Positions 41,220-55,600 of a stretch of DNA of 64,000 nt are shown one piece after another. Source of the stretch: Chrysomallon squamiferum (taxonomy: Eukaryota; Animalia; Mollusca); the NCBI GenBank assembly GCA_012295275.1, contig CM022678.1:10044001-10108000 (forward strand), given 5' to 3'. The position numbers were made by a program, and so were the translations under genes. The number at the start of each line of letters is the position of its first letter. The first letter of the stretch is position 1. A model generated the notes under the pieces. The model was not told the DNA's origin. It made no database searches and worked only from the letters and a program-made list of their open reading frames with translations.

Positions 41220-42317
41220 AAACTGCTTGGTACACAAGATGAGCTAATTCTGTGAGCTTACCACAGCAGAGAAATGTCATCAAAGAATCTGAACTAACCT
41301 GGCAGAAACAGGATCATCTGCAGAGGTTGTTGTTGTTGTAGTAATAGCAGTAATAGTAGTACAACCCATTGTTGCAGTAGTGTAATTGTTATAGTGTTAG
41401 CACTTGATAATAATAGTTCTTGTTTGTAGTAATAGGTGATATTTTAGCCAATGATCCTCTGTGATCATAATGTATCTTGTGTGGCTAATGGTCAGAAAAA
41501 TACTAGCTGTAGTCATAGCACTACTAGTAGTTGTAGTAGTAGCAGTACTAACAGTAGTTTCGTTGTTGCAGTAGTAGTAGTAATAGAGGGAGTGTTAGTA
41601 TATGACAGTTAAATGAGAAATTGTTATGATAAAAGTAAAAAAAAAGTAGCTGTAGTAACAGGAGCATTTGTTGTTGTTTTTGTTGTAGTAATTATAACAA
41701 TAACTATAAAATAATAGATTTCTTTGTTGAATTGGGGGAAAAAAGAAAACTGATTAATGGTTTATTTATTATTTTATTTGTTTGTTTGTTTGTTTGTTTG
41801 TTTATTTATTTAATATTTGATTCAGTATTTTATTGATTGATTGATTTGTTTATTTATTTATTTACCTGCTCAGATGAGGCACCCACCAATCAGAATCAGA
41901 CCAGTGAGTTGTCCACTTTCTTGGTTAATGTCGAGTCAAAGCTTTGACGATGATCAGCTCAGTTTTGGTGACCTTGAGCCCCACAGACACTGCAGCCGAC
42001 CATGTTGAACTACAACGATTCTGACAGCATAAAGTTGAAGAGTGTTACACCAGGTGACCAACCTCAACAGTCAAATGTCAGTAATCATGGAGAAAAACTT
42101 GAACCTTTAATGTCAGCTGAGCTAAAACCAGGCAAAGAAAAACACTTAAATCATTCAAAAGCAGAGGAAAGAGACGAGACTCCCAGAAAGAGGACAACAT
42201 CTCCAACAAAGCCTAGGAAACCTCCTCAAACATCACCCATCAGAGCTGATGTAGTTCCATTCAAGGGGACATAACTGGAAGCCACTGTTTCTCTCAATCC
42301 CAACACCAGATGAACCA
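41220..42317 (+). pseudogene. Two decayed exons, possibly the continuation of the CAMSAP/patronin fragment
   Basis: Exon 41220-41325 (TR*ANSVSLPQQRNVIKESELTWQKQ) and exon 41874-42317 (DDDQLSFGDLE..TSPTKPRKPP) have good splice sites and lie on the same strand downstream of the CH exon. Gene identity is inferred from position only. Confidence 0.45.
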
Positions 42318-42659
42318 GTAAGTATCATTTCAGTGTCTGATACTCCACTAACAAAGAAAATGTATTGGTTTATTAAATAATATGTATATTTGTTCATTTA
42401 CACAGGATTAGAATTTCCTGGTGTATGTTTCTGTAAAATGAAAAGTAAAGTAATGTATGATCTCTAAAATTTCAAATAGTAGAGAAATAATTGTCTTATA
42501 GTCAGGAAATTTTAGATTTTTATTGTTAAAAAGGTTATTTAAATATTTTATGTTGAGAAATATGTAATTAGATAAAACTTTTTAACTATAACCATTTATT
42601 TTATTTGTATGCATGTATTTTGTTATATGCTTATACAACTCAATTTTTTCTATGTTCAG

Positions 42660-44700
42660 TGTTTCAGAAACTGTGACTGCTTGTTGCTGTAAGTGGAAAT
42701 CCCTCTTCAGCATTTTGATGTGCTATTGGTGATGTGATGTCTTTTCTGATTTGTTTTCTTTTTTTTATTAGTTTATAAGAATGACAGTCCATAAGTAGAT
42801 GCCAATTTTGTTTTTGATCGAAAAATGGAACCTTTGAGGATTATCTAAAACAGCTGAAATCACTTTCCTCTGGTATGTAGCAAAAGTTTTATTTCTCTCT
42901 TTTGTACTTTTATATTTGTAGGAATTTAATGTATTAGTGAAATAATTAAGTAGCCTAAAATTGCCAAATACTGGGGAAAATAATTAAAAAATGAAAAGAA
43001 AAAATCATGAAAAAAATCTTTATTATTAGACAGGGTCCTTCATTAAATGGATTATTTATTTATTTATGATTTCAGTTTATTGTTTTTCTTGTTACTATCA
43101 TCATTATTATTATTATAACTTATTTATCTGTTTTTAATCATCATCATCATTATTGTTATTTATATTATATTATTGTTATTATTATAAACATTTGTTCTAT
43201 GGCTTCTGTGATGATGGCTAAATGTGATTGTTTTTTAAATTTCAGTATATCAGATATTTTTTTTATTTCACACAGTTCTCTGGTGTGAGACACTACAAGT
43301 CTACCTGACTGTGAAGATTTCTGGTGAAACATTGGCTGACTACAATCTGAACAAACTGGAGGAAGGATCCCAGCTCTGTTATAAAATCTTCATTTACATC
43401 AGGTACTGCCCTTTTTGTTACACCTTGTTGTATTTGATTTAGATTCTTGAGAAAAATAGTTTTAATGTTATTCTATTGACAGAGATAACAGTAACAGTAA
43501 AATGATAGCAGCAATTCATCTGGTGACACAACATTTATGAATGTTGTATTTTGGAAAAACAGATTTTTAAATAGTTTTTAATGGCTGTTTATTTTTATTA
43601 TATTTGTTATTCTTATTATCTCATTTAAAAGTGTATACATGGCCAAGAAAAGAATGTTTTTAATTGTGTTTTTGACAGTAACTTGCTTTTCAAAAGAAAA
43701 GTGAATTTTCTAAATTATAATATATTGGGTTTTAGAGTCAACTGTTAATTGTGGGACAACTCTAAACTTTTAGTAAAAAGAAAAAAAAAATACTTTGTGT
43801 ATCTTTAGGAATAAAAATGAGTCATTTACTTTTTAATTTTTTAGGAAGTAAACAATTTTATAATTAACCATTTGCACCTGTCTTTAATGTAAAAATTAAC
43901 ATAGGATAAAAAGTTGCAGTATTTAACACACTTATTTAAGTTTGAAACTGCTTCTAGGTAATAAAAAAATAATGTGTTAATCATGGTGGAAGGGAAACAA
44001 CTCACACACACAGAAAAGAAAAAGAAAGTTAACAAAGAAACAAAACATAAAATAAAAACTAAACAAAAATATTGTAGCTAAATTTTTATTTCATTTTGTT
44101 CTCAAAACATTTTCACACCTTTAGAAAAGAGAAAAAGGTCACACAAGCGCTAATAGTAGAAGATGAGGGAGAATTTTCCAGACTTGTACTCTGACATGCA
44201 GAGCTGGTGTGTTGGGTGTGCAGTCTACAGGTGACCAGTTCATCTGAGTTTTGTTTCTTTCTTTTATTAATTAACAAACTTAAACTTTATTTTACACACT
44301 GACAGTTCTTTTTATCAGCATGTCTTTTGATTATTTGTAATAAGAATAATAATTTTTGAAATAATAAGAAATTAATCTCTCTCTTAATTATTATTATGAT
44401 TAATATTAGTATTAAAATATTAGACCAGTAGATACTTTTATTATTACTATTGTTCTTGTTAATATCACAATTATTACTGTTGTTGTTGTTGTTCATGTTC
44501 TTCTTCTTCTTCTTCTTCTTCTTGTTATTATTATTAATATTATTATTATTATTATTATTTGTAGGATGGATTGATGCAGTTCAATGCACAGACATATGAA
44601 AGCAGAAATGAAAATCTGTGGCCAAGTTTGATGAAGATTTGAGTTTTTGCTATCAAAGTTTTGATAGTTGATGCCAGACTGATTTAGAAATCATGAAATA
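42660..44700 (+). pseudogene. Unidentified decayed exon chain
   Basis: Splice-flanked blocks at about 42660-42688, 42772-42872, 43277-43402 (open: LWCETLQVYLTVKISGETLADYNLNKLEEGSQLCYKIFIYI), 44125-44230 and 44565 onward. Confidence 0.45.
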
Positions 44701-47094
44701 GATGCTGGATTCAGTTCTGCCTCTGTTTTCAGTCAGTCACAGCAGTGAGAAAATTGTTTGACCAGACACAGCACTAAGTACAGTCAAGTCTGCAGTAGTC
44801 TTAAACAAGAACAAATATTTAAAATGATGCTAATGAGTGAGAAAAATAAAAACACTGAGACAATACATGATAGGGAAAATGATTATTATTTCAAAGTGTA
44901 TTTCAAACAGTGGTGAAAAATATCAGATTAATTCTTATGATACAAATTTGAAAAGAAGATGAATATGATTGATCATAGATATTACTGATTACTTGGCTAA
45001 AAAAACCAAACAAAATGTTTTATAATAAAATGTGTTTATTTCGAGGAAGATGTTTTATTCGTGTTTTATTTTTATTATTTTTAAATATATTTCTTGTATT
45101 GTGTTTTATATGTATATATAATTTTTTTATTTTTTTTATTTTTACTTTTTTTAAAGAATAATCTACTTAATCACATAACCCAAATATAAAATACCAAGAC
45201 TTGTGGTAAAGATTTACCCAGTAAAAGTATGTTAATAAAATACAAAATGGAAGGAAATGTGTAAACCTACATATGCATGTATTTGAAAGATAAAATCACA
45301 AATTAGAAATTTACTTAATTAGTAATTTGCAGGTTACTTTATCTGTCAAATTATATATCAGTTTAAACATTTTTAGTAAAACATAGTCTTAGTATTCTTT
45401 TTGATTTTTTGTTGTATATTTTATTAATATAGTTTTACTGGATAAATCAGAAATTCTAGAATTTTTTGAAGTTTTTCTGAAATTATATTTTTCATATGAT
45501 AAAGTATTTTTGTTGAAAAAAAATATTACAAATTATTTTCTTTCCAGTTATAAAATTTTAGATAGCATTATCATAAAGGACAAACAAATTTCTATTGATG
45601 AGGATAATTTTTATTTATATTGTTTTGATATATTAACCCAAATAACATACTTAATAATCATAAATTCTTCTGTTACAATTATATTAAGTAAATTTATTTA
45701 AATGGATAAATTCATAGGTATTTTAATTAGGTCTATAAGATTATATGAATTTTCCGTTTCTGAATTGCGTTGTAACATAGAAAATAAAATGAAAAATCAA
45801 AGACAAATTTTAACTGTTTTTTATAAATAAATAAGTAAATGTGATCTTATTTTGGATTTTAAAGATTCAAGAAAAAAACAAACATGCATTTTGGATTACA
45901 TTCCTATCAAAACACACAAAATCTTATCCATGTCTATTTACACACCCACACCCAAACACACAGACTTAAATATGTGTCCAGCAGTCCATTCAGCTGTATT
46001 GTTTTCTCCTAACCAACAAACAAGCATGTCTTTAATGTCACAGTTTATTTTTTCTACAGATGCTAGCCTCTGTCGATACCTAGGATTCCAATAGACCATC
46101 ACCACCTCTATCCACTTTGCTTTCAGTTCAATAATTACACATATTTCTTGATAAAAACAACATTTCCTATAACACACAAACACACACACATACACACACT
46201 GTTTATCTTCCTGTCTTAAATTGCAAATACTAAATATCTCCGTTTACACAGTTGGATTTCATGAAAATTCTTCTCTTAATTTCACTTTTAAGTACAGTAA
46301 GAGTGCAATATGTTTACATCACTCTGGCATCAAGAATTCAACAAGAAAACGCAAAATGTGTGCCCTAAGTATTATAACAGTGTTGTTCTAATAAGTGTTG
46401 TTTATTTTATAATTCTGCTGTAGGGGAGATAACTCTGGAGGGTGTAGTTAGAGTGTACAACAGAGGTGGGCTAGAAAAACGAGAACAAACGGTGGCCTGT
46501 GTTAATTTGTCAGTGTGAAGTGTGTCGGGCTTCGTCCGTTTTACTCGCTTCTCTTTTTTTTTTTTTTTTTGTTGTAAGTCTTTTGTTGTTGCTTTTTTAA
46601 CCAAAAAAAAAAAAAAAAAATTTAAGTTCGGCTCAAATCGGTTAAGTATTTTAGATATTTAATTGTCTGCTGTAGCTTTGTTTCGTAACAAATTGCAGTC
46701 ATTGTTTAAGAAGTTATTCTATTTAAATTGTTCTTTTCTTCTGCACTTTACACCCGAAATTGAATTAGCGTTTTGATAGCTGGACGGGATTTCGAATCAG
46801 TTCCGTTACAAAAGATCCGGACTAATAAAAGACCGGTTTTGACAGAGTCCATTATATAATTTAAAAACTGAATCAATGTTTTATGTCTAACAGGCTTGAA
46901 GAAAGTCACTGATGAGATTATTAAATTTAGTTCATAATCTATTACCAGCTACTCCACAGTTTTTTTTTTTAATCCATTCAGTTCTCGAAAATAGTTAAAA
47001 AGCAGGAAGAAATATTTAAATTTTTTTCACTACAAAGGCAACTGTTAAATTCAAATTTTATTTATGTTAAATTTCTTCAAGTTCTCTAAAAGCA

Positions 47095-47165
<71 letters not shown>

Positions 47166-47440
47166 GAAACTGAAGTAGTAAATATTTTATTTCCTTGAGT
47201 GGTATCTACTGAACTGTAGTTGAGTTATACTTCTTTTAATATGTTGTTGTTGTTGTTGTGTTTGGATTTGTATTCCTCCCTGTGAGTTTGTTTGTTGTTG
47301 TTTGTTTGTTTTTTTTTTTTCCCTGTGATGTGTTTGTAAATATTATTTAGACCATTTGTCTTTCTGTCTGTTATTTATTTATTTGCTAGAGAATAAAGAT
47401 GGAGTACTTACGTATGTGTATAGTCGCAGTTATATACAAC

Positions 47441-47848
47441 ATGGGATTTAGATTATTCATACAGAGTACTATGCAACATAACACAATATAATATAATATA
47501 ATATAATACAAGGAAATATAAAACAGAAAATAAGTTTCACATTAACTTCCGTTTTTTCTCGTAAAATTATAAAAGGGCAGATTCCAAAAATAGATCTGGG
47601 AATTTCCAAATGATATTCGAGACCGAACGTTTTCTGTGTTTTTATACAAACGAGTTTTATCACTGCTGAAGAAAAATCTGAAAAAGAACAAAATTCACTT
47701 AGAGAGACCATAACATATTTATTTATTTATTTATTTATTTATTTATTTTTTTGTTAATTGATTTATCTTGTCTACATATTTGTTTGAAAAGCGTGAACTG
47801 TCTCTTTTCGATTTTTGTCTTAATAGTAGTATTAATTAACTACTACTA

Positions 47849-47899
<51 letters not shown>

Positions 47900-47992
47900 T
47901 GTTTGATTACATTCGACTGTGTACAAGTAGATTTTAGATTTTAGATTCTTTGAAATAACTACAAAATAACAGAATAGTTTAGGTGTGTGTGG

Positions 47993-48064
<72 letters not shown>

Positions 48065-51001
48065 AAAAAGAGACACACACAAAATACATGCACATAGATT
48101 GACAGCAGCATGTACATGTAGATGATGGATAGATAAACAGAACTGACAATGAGATGGGTAGAGGTTGGTGTGTTTTGTTGTGTTGAGACAGAAAGGATGA
48201 TAGAAATATGTACAAATGTATAACTGAGAGATTCTCATGTAGTCAGGCAGGTTTATAGAAAAATATTTTTATTGGACTTTTGAAACCAGATTTTAAAATG
48301 TATTTAAAAATGACAGTAAATTTAGGAATAAATGATGCTGCATGGATACTGAAATATTTTTATATATTTTGAAATACAGAATTGTAAAAAGAAATTACCT
48401 TGAAAGACTGAGTATATTGAAATATCTTTAGTATTCTTAGCTTTTAGGAATTATTTTACTATTAATATGTCATTGATAATCCAAACAAACAGCTTTCTGT
48501 CCACTGCTCTATCCCTGTGTTCATTCATAATAATGTTATCTCCAAAATGTCCTTATTGTGTCTCTCTACCAATGAATTTACTTGCCTGCCAGTATGTCTG
48601 TCTATCTGTCTATCTATCTATCTATCTATCTATCTTCTATAAAACACACATATACCAACATAAACACTCTAATCCACTTACTCATGTACAAAAACCCATC
48701 CTCTCTCTCTAACACATGAACTTACTAACACTTTATTACTCATACACATATGCCTATCAGTTTAGCTCTCTATACATATATGTCTGTATCTGTCTGTATG
48801 CCTGTTATCTTATGTCTTCCTCTCTGTCAGTCTATCTCACTAATTATATATCCTTCTCATTATACACATCTTTCTGTATGTCTCTGTATCTGTCTATCTC
48901 ACTAATTATATATCCATCTCATTATACACATCTCTGTATGTCTGTCTATCTCACTAATTATATATCCTTCTCATTATACACATATTTCTGTATGTCTGTC
49001 TGTCTGTCATATCTGTCTCACTAATTATATATCCATCTCCATCTCATTATACACATCTCTCTGTATATCTGTCTATCTCACTAATTATATATCCATCTCA
49101 TTATACACATATCTCTGTATGTCTGTCTCTGTGTCTGTCAGTCTATCTCACTAATTATATATCCATCTCATTATACACATATCTCTGTATGTCTGTCTCT
49201 GTATCTGTCTGTCTGTCAAACTTCCAGTCTATCTTTTCATCTATCTCTCAGAAATACATACACACTCTTGCACACACATTATACATACATATCCATTTTC
49301 TCTCAGTAATAAGCAAACACATTTCCACACACATACATACATACCATGTCTAACACACTTAGCTAGATGAATGTGACAGTGTAGGAGGAGACAGGCAAAT
49401 ACAGATGGTCAAGGAAGGCTGAAGTTGTCTTTGTCCTCCCAGTATTGGTCAGTTGTATTTGACAATATGTTTAGTTTTGAAAAATGTACATTCACTTTAG
49501 TGTGAACACTGTCAGTGTATATTAACAGAGAGTCACATTTTGTTGGATTGTTCTTATTTACAATCATCTAAACATCAGCTTTTTCAAACTATGGGCTTAT
49601 TTTGATTCTTTTATCACTTTATTCTATATACATAATGAACTGCTTCTAAGTTAGTTCTCAGTAGACGTGGATTTCACTCAACATGCAATGTTGTTTATGC
49701 ACATCAGGATCCACAGAACTAACTGAAAATTTACATGAAGCATTTAATAAAGGTCAGTAAATCACTGTATATCTTGTTGAAACTTAGAATATTTATTTGT
49801 CGAAACAGATTATTTTTCTATTCTTATTACCATTACCTTTTAATTTAATTTATTTTATAATGGGTTTTTTAATCTTTTTTATTAACTATTTACACTTTTA
49901 AAAATGTAAATATTTGTCATTTTATTTTAAAGAGTAATTAGTGATATTTAGAGTTGTTAAATGTACAAATAGTGAGAGCGAGTGTGTGAGATACTGGTTT
50001 GTCTTCATAGACATCTTATAAAGTACACACAAACACACTCTATGGTGTCACACAGTTAGAACAAAATGTTTTATATATCAATATATCATCCTGTCATTAA
50101 TCACATTTCTGCTCATCCAACTACATGTGCTTCTATTAATTTATTCTTTCATTCATCCAGCATTTATCATATCCAGTGAGTTATTCTATTTGGATATTAT
50201 GTGAATGTATCATCCCTCCCTATTCTAACCAGGCTAACCATTTTACTTCATCCATTTATATCTCTTATTCATCATCCATCCATCTTTCAGTCCCATACTT
50301 CCACACGTATACATGAATCCAGTGATTAATCTAAGCACAAAGAATCTTTTTTTTTTTTCACAATCACATCAAGCTGAAACTTCAGTTTGTCACAAATGTT
50401 GTCACCTGTGATTGAAACAGACTCCTGCACTTGTCCAGTCTGCTTATTTGTATATATATAAAAAAAAAATAAATAAAAAAATAAAAAAAAAAATGAATAA
50501 ATAAAAAAAATAAAAATGTATAATGAAATAAATAAATAAAAGCAAAAAAATAAATAAAAAGAAAAATAAATAAATAAATAAAAAAAAATAAATAAATGTA
50601 TAAATAAATAAATAAAATAAATAAATAAAAAAAAAAAAAAAAAAAAATAAAAAAAAAAAAAATAAATAAATAAATAAAATAAATAAAATAAATAAATAAA
50701 AAATAAATAAATAAATAAATAAGGACAGGCCAGGAGTTGGTTCATTTAGCTTGGAAACAGGATATTTGAGCTGAACACAAAGAGTGTTTAATAAACAAGT
50801 GTTTAGCAGGTTGATAATCAACAACTCCACCCAGTGTTTCATACACACATACATACACACATACATACACACACACATACACACACACACACACACACAT
50901 ACACACACACACACACACACATACATACATACACACACACATACACACACATACATACACATACACACACACACATACATACATACACATACATACATAC
51001 A

Positions 51002-51067
<66 letters not shown>

Positions 51068-51342
51068 CATACACACAGATGCATTTTTATTCTCAGATGA
51101 TCTGTACAGACTACAAACTAATCAGTGTTTCAGTGTAAACTAACACTGCATGTCTCTCTATACACCAACATAAACTACTAAGTCAAAGGTTACCATTCAT
51201 TTAACATTCTTAATAAAAAAAGCTTTTAATCTGGAAACCCTTTCTGTATTTTTTTCTTTACTCACTATGCCTAACAAAGACTGTTTCATATTAAATAATA
51301 ATTTATAATACACAACTTACAATAATAATAATAATAATAATA

Positions 51343-51438
<96 letters not shown>

Positions 51439-51863
51439 TAAATAATAAAATAATAAAATAATAATAATAATAATAAATAATAATAATAATAATAAACATA
51501 ATAATAATAATAATATAGTAATAATAATAATAAATAAAAATAATAAAATAATAATAATAATAATAATGATAATAACAATTGTCTTTTTCTATTCATTAAA
51601 ATGAGTTTCAAACTACCAAGTAAAGAGGTGCACATACACATGTGTACACATACACACACATGACCACAAACACTTAGATACTTTTAATTCATGACTTTGT
51701 TATTTAACAACAAAATGAATTAACATTTGCTAGTATAAGGAATGAAACATTCAGATATTTTGATTTTTTTCTTCTTTAATATGTAAACATAATAAAAAAA
51801 AAAAAAATTTAAAAAAATTTTTATAAAAATACATTACACACAGAAATTTGTAAGAGCCCCCCA

Positions 51864-51911
<48 letters not shown>

Positions 51912-52602
51912 TGGATTTGGAGAGATACAATATATTTGTTATCATTCCAGGAAGGGCCTCTATGGAACTTTAATCCATAATGTATCAAAGAATTTGTATT
52001 ACATTTTAGAATGAACAAGAATTATTATTTGTTTCTCACTTTTAATACAACAAAAGACAAATATTGAATAATAATATATCTTGTAATATACATATAAAGT
52101 TGTATAAAGAGAAATCAATATAAACATGTAGGTATAATGTTCCAAGAACACTATATTTCAACTTGCATCTGTTAATATGTGATAAATAATTAAAACATAA
52201 ACAAAATATTTACAGTGGATTCTATAAAAAAAACAGGACTGTTGGGTAATGCCATTTTAGACTGCACACTTATAAAGATTAAAACAAATGGAATATTCTT
52301 ATTACAAATGTTACAATCAAGGTTTTAGACTTATTGCAGAGATATAAAGATTAAAATAGTATAAAACTAGAATATTTTTTTAGTTACAAATGTTAAGATT
52401 TTAGACATATTGCAGATTTATAAAGATTAAAATAACATAAAAATTGGAATATTTTTTTATTACAAATGTTAAGGTTTTAGACATATTGCAGATTTATAAA
52501 GATTAAAATAACATAAAATTGGAATAATTTTTTTTTTTTTTCCAAATGTTACAGTTAAAGGGCCTTTCAAGTCTTAGCAGAGAAATAGTAATAATAATGA
52601 TG

Positions 52603-52641
<39 letters not shown>

Positions 52642-55600
52642 TAATAATAATACTTTTTTTTTTGATATACAGGAAATTGCCCTGACCTGCAACCATTTTT
52701 TTATGAATTACTATAACTTTTCTTAGAATTCCAAGTTTTCAAGATTAGTTCCAAAACAGAAAATTGAAAATGAAAATATAAAGAAATTTAAAAAAAAAAA
52801 AAAAATATTAAATCATTAAAAAAAAATAAAAGAGAATAATTAAGGTATGTTTCTTCTTCTACTTTTTCTGTGATTTGAACAATTAATTTTCATTAAAATG
52901 TGACTGAAATTTAACAAATAGTTACATAGTAAACATTTTTTTTATAATTGTTATTATTTTTAAAATATTTAAATAAAAATCATTGTTACTGGAATAAAAA
53001 ATATAAAAAAAAAAATATCATTAAGTTCCATTCAAAAAAAAAAAAAAAAAAAAAAAAAAGAACACTGAAATAATTTACTTTTCATATCTAAAAATAAAAA
53101 TAAAGCAGAATAATTTTTCATACAGTAAAATATGATAAAATGAGAAACACAGATATTTACAATCAGACATAGTATTTTCATGTATATCTTCAAATGTCTA
53201 TCATAAATGACTTTAATTATCCCTAATTAATAAATTTAAACATATTTATACAATGATTTTTGGTTTTAAAATATGATAAGGAAAAAATGTTGGTTTTTTT
53301 TTTGGGGTTTTTAAAAAAAAAAAAAATTTAATTAAAATTATAATTATATTTAAATTGATTACCCCCAGCAAACCCTTTTTTTTTCCCCCATTTAAATAAA
53401 TAAATAAAATAATAAATAAAAAAAAAATGTTGTTGTTTTTTTTTTTTTTTTTTTTTAAAAAAAATTCTAATTACCCCTAATTACATAATTTTAAATATAT
53501 TTATAAATGATTACCCCAGCAAACCCTTTTTTTCCCCTGATTTAAATAATATTATTTTTTGGTGAGTTTTTTTTTTTATAAAAAATTCTAATTACCCCTA
53601 ATTACATAATTTTCAATTATTTTTACATTGATTACCCCCAGCAAACCCTTGATTTTCCCCTGATTTAAAAAAATAATAATAAAAATTTAAAAAAAAGTTG
53701 TTTTTTTTTTTTTTTTTTTTTTTAATTTCTAATTACCCCTAATTACATAATTCTAAATATATTAAACCCTTGAATTTTCCCCAATTTAAAATAATATGAC
53801 AAAAAAAAAATAAAATAAATGGTTTTTTTTTTTTTTTTTTAAATTTTTAAATTTTTTTTTTAATAAAATATTCTAATTACCCTAATTACATAATTTTAAA
53901 TATATTTACATTGATTATCCCAGCAAACCCTTCATTTTCCCCGATTTAAATAATACAAAAATTTGATGATTAAAAAATTTAACACCTCTATGCACTATCA
54001 CATTAATTTTAGGTTATTTAGAAAAATGACATTCCATAGCAGTGATGAATCTCTATTCCTCTTTCAGTGATAAAACTTAGAATAACCATGCACACACATC
54101 AATGATAAAAACAGTGCAAGCTGCTATGAAGTACAATGTGTACACTGGATGTTCTGATAATATTGACAATGCAGTCTCTTGGAGATCACTGATGTTTCAA
54201 AATTCAAATTAGATTGATTTTATGATCTTGCAGATTTTCTCTTGAAAGTGTTGTACTTTCTCTGGACACGGAAGACTGTGAAGTAATAGCATTCTGGTGC
54301 TCTAGTTAATCTTTTCTGAAAATGTGTCTTACAGCATTTTCAACTGAAGTGCTGGCTGAGGCAGCTTGATTCTGTTGTCTAGGATCCTACAACAAAATAT
54401 AATATTCATTAATAAACTAAACATAAAATAAAGTGCAAGTGGTATTTTTGTTGTCAGCTCTAACTGCATTTCACTGTCTTAGCAAGAAGAGTTTTATTTT
54501 TTCCCATACAATATTAATAATAAAAATAATTTATTAAATATATTTAAATTCTTAATTTCAATCAGTTTAATATTATTTTTTAACTTTGATATAAAAAAAT
54601 TAAAACAGCAATACATCAGCAAAAGAGCTTATGAAAAATATTTTTTTAATATATTTGAATAATTATGTAACTTGGTAAAATTTGATATTTACACTATGCT
54701 TAGTCCAGTTTAAGATGACTGCCAGGAATATTAAGTAAATAAACATTTTAAACCTGTATAGTATTACAATAGACAGAAAGAAAATGGTTTTCTAATACAG
54801 ATTCTACTTGAAATACTAATATACTAACATGATGAAAATACATTTGAGATTATTCTGAGAATCTTTAATTAACCTTAACAATCGTTATAGTTACATCATT
54901 AATAACAAATTATTTGATTAATTAAAACATTTAATTGTAATATTCTTTCCTGCCATTTTAATGTAATTTAATTTTTGCCATTAATGAAATACATTTTGTC
55001 TTATAAATAAACCACAATTATCCTATGCATTCAGGTAATAGTTACAATAATGATCATTAAGGTATATTTTCAAATGTATTTAAAACAAAGACAACATTAT
55101 ACATGCATGTGATAAAATAAGAAAAGAAGATAAATCTTTCAAGCCAATTTATGCATTTGTACAACCTTTCAAATCCACCAAAATTCCATCCGTTATACTA
55201 AATTTCAAAATACTGTAAATATCTTTAGTGATACCAAATGAAGTAATAAATGTTTGTATTTCAGTTTAGAGTGAGATATTTATAACAGAAAATTACAAAT
55301 TTATACAAATGTTCTGTTCACTACTCTATTAGGCTGGCATGCAAATTATTACAAGGTTTACACTGATTCTACACTATTAATTTTCAGTGCATCAGTTTAC
55401 AAAAACACAAATACATTATATTTTCATGTATGATGCTTAATTCAGTATAAGAGAAAATATTTTGCATAGAATTTTGTGAAAGACTGAGGAAATATTTAAA
55501 AATGAAATAAAATGGAAAGGTTTACAATGACTAATGTATTTAAATACCTGCTGAACAGCACCAAATACTTCAACTCTACTGGAGATGCAAGCTGCTCTTT

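Noticed and set aside
46400-46860. CpG-containing segment as an RNA gene or promoter
   Set aside because: No recognisable RNA structure; it ends in a Tigger-like terminus and is probably a transposon relic.
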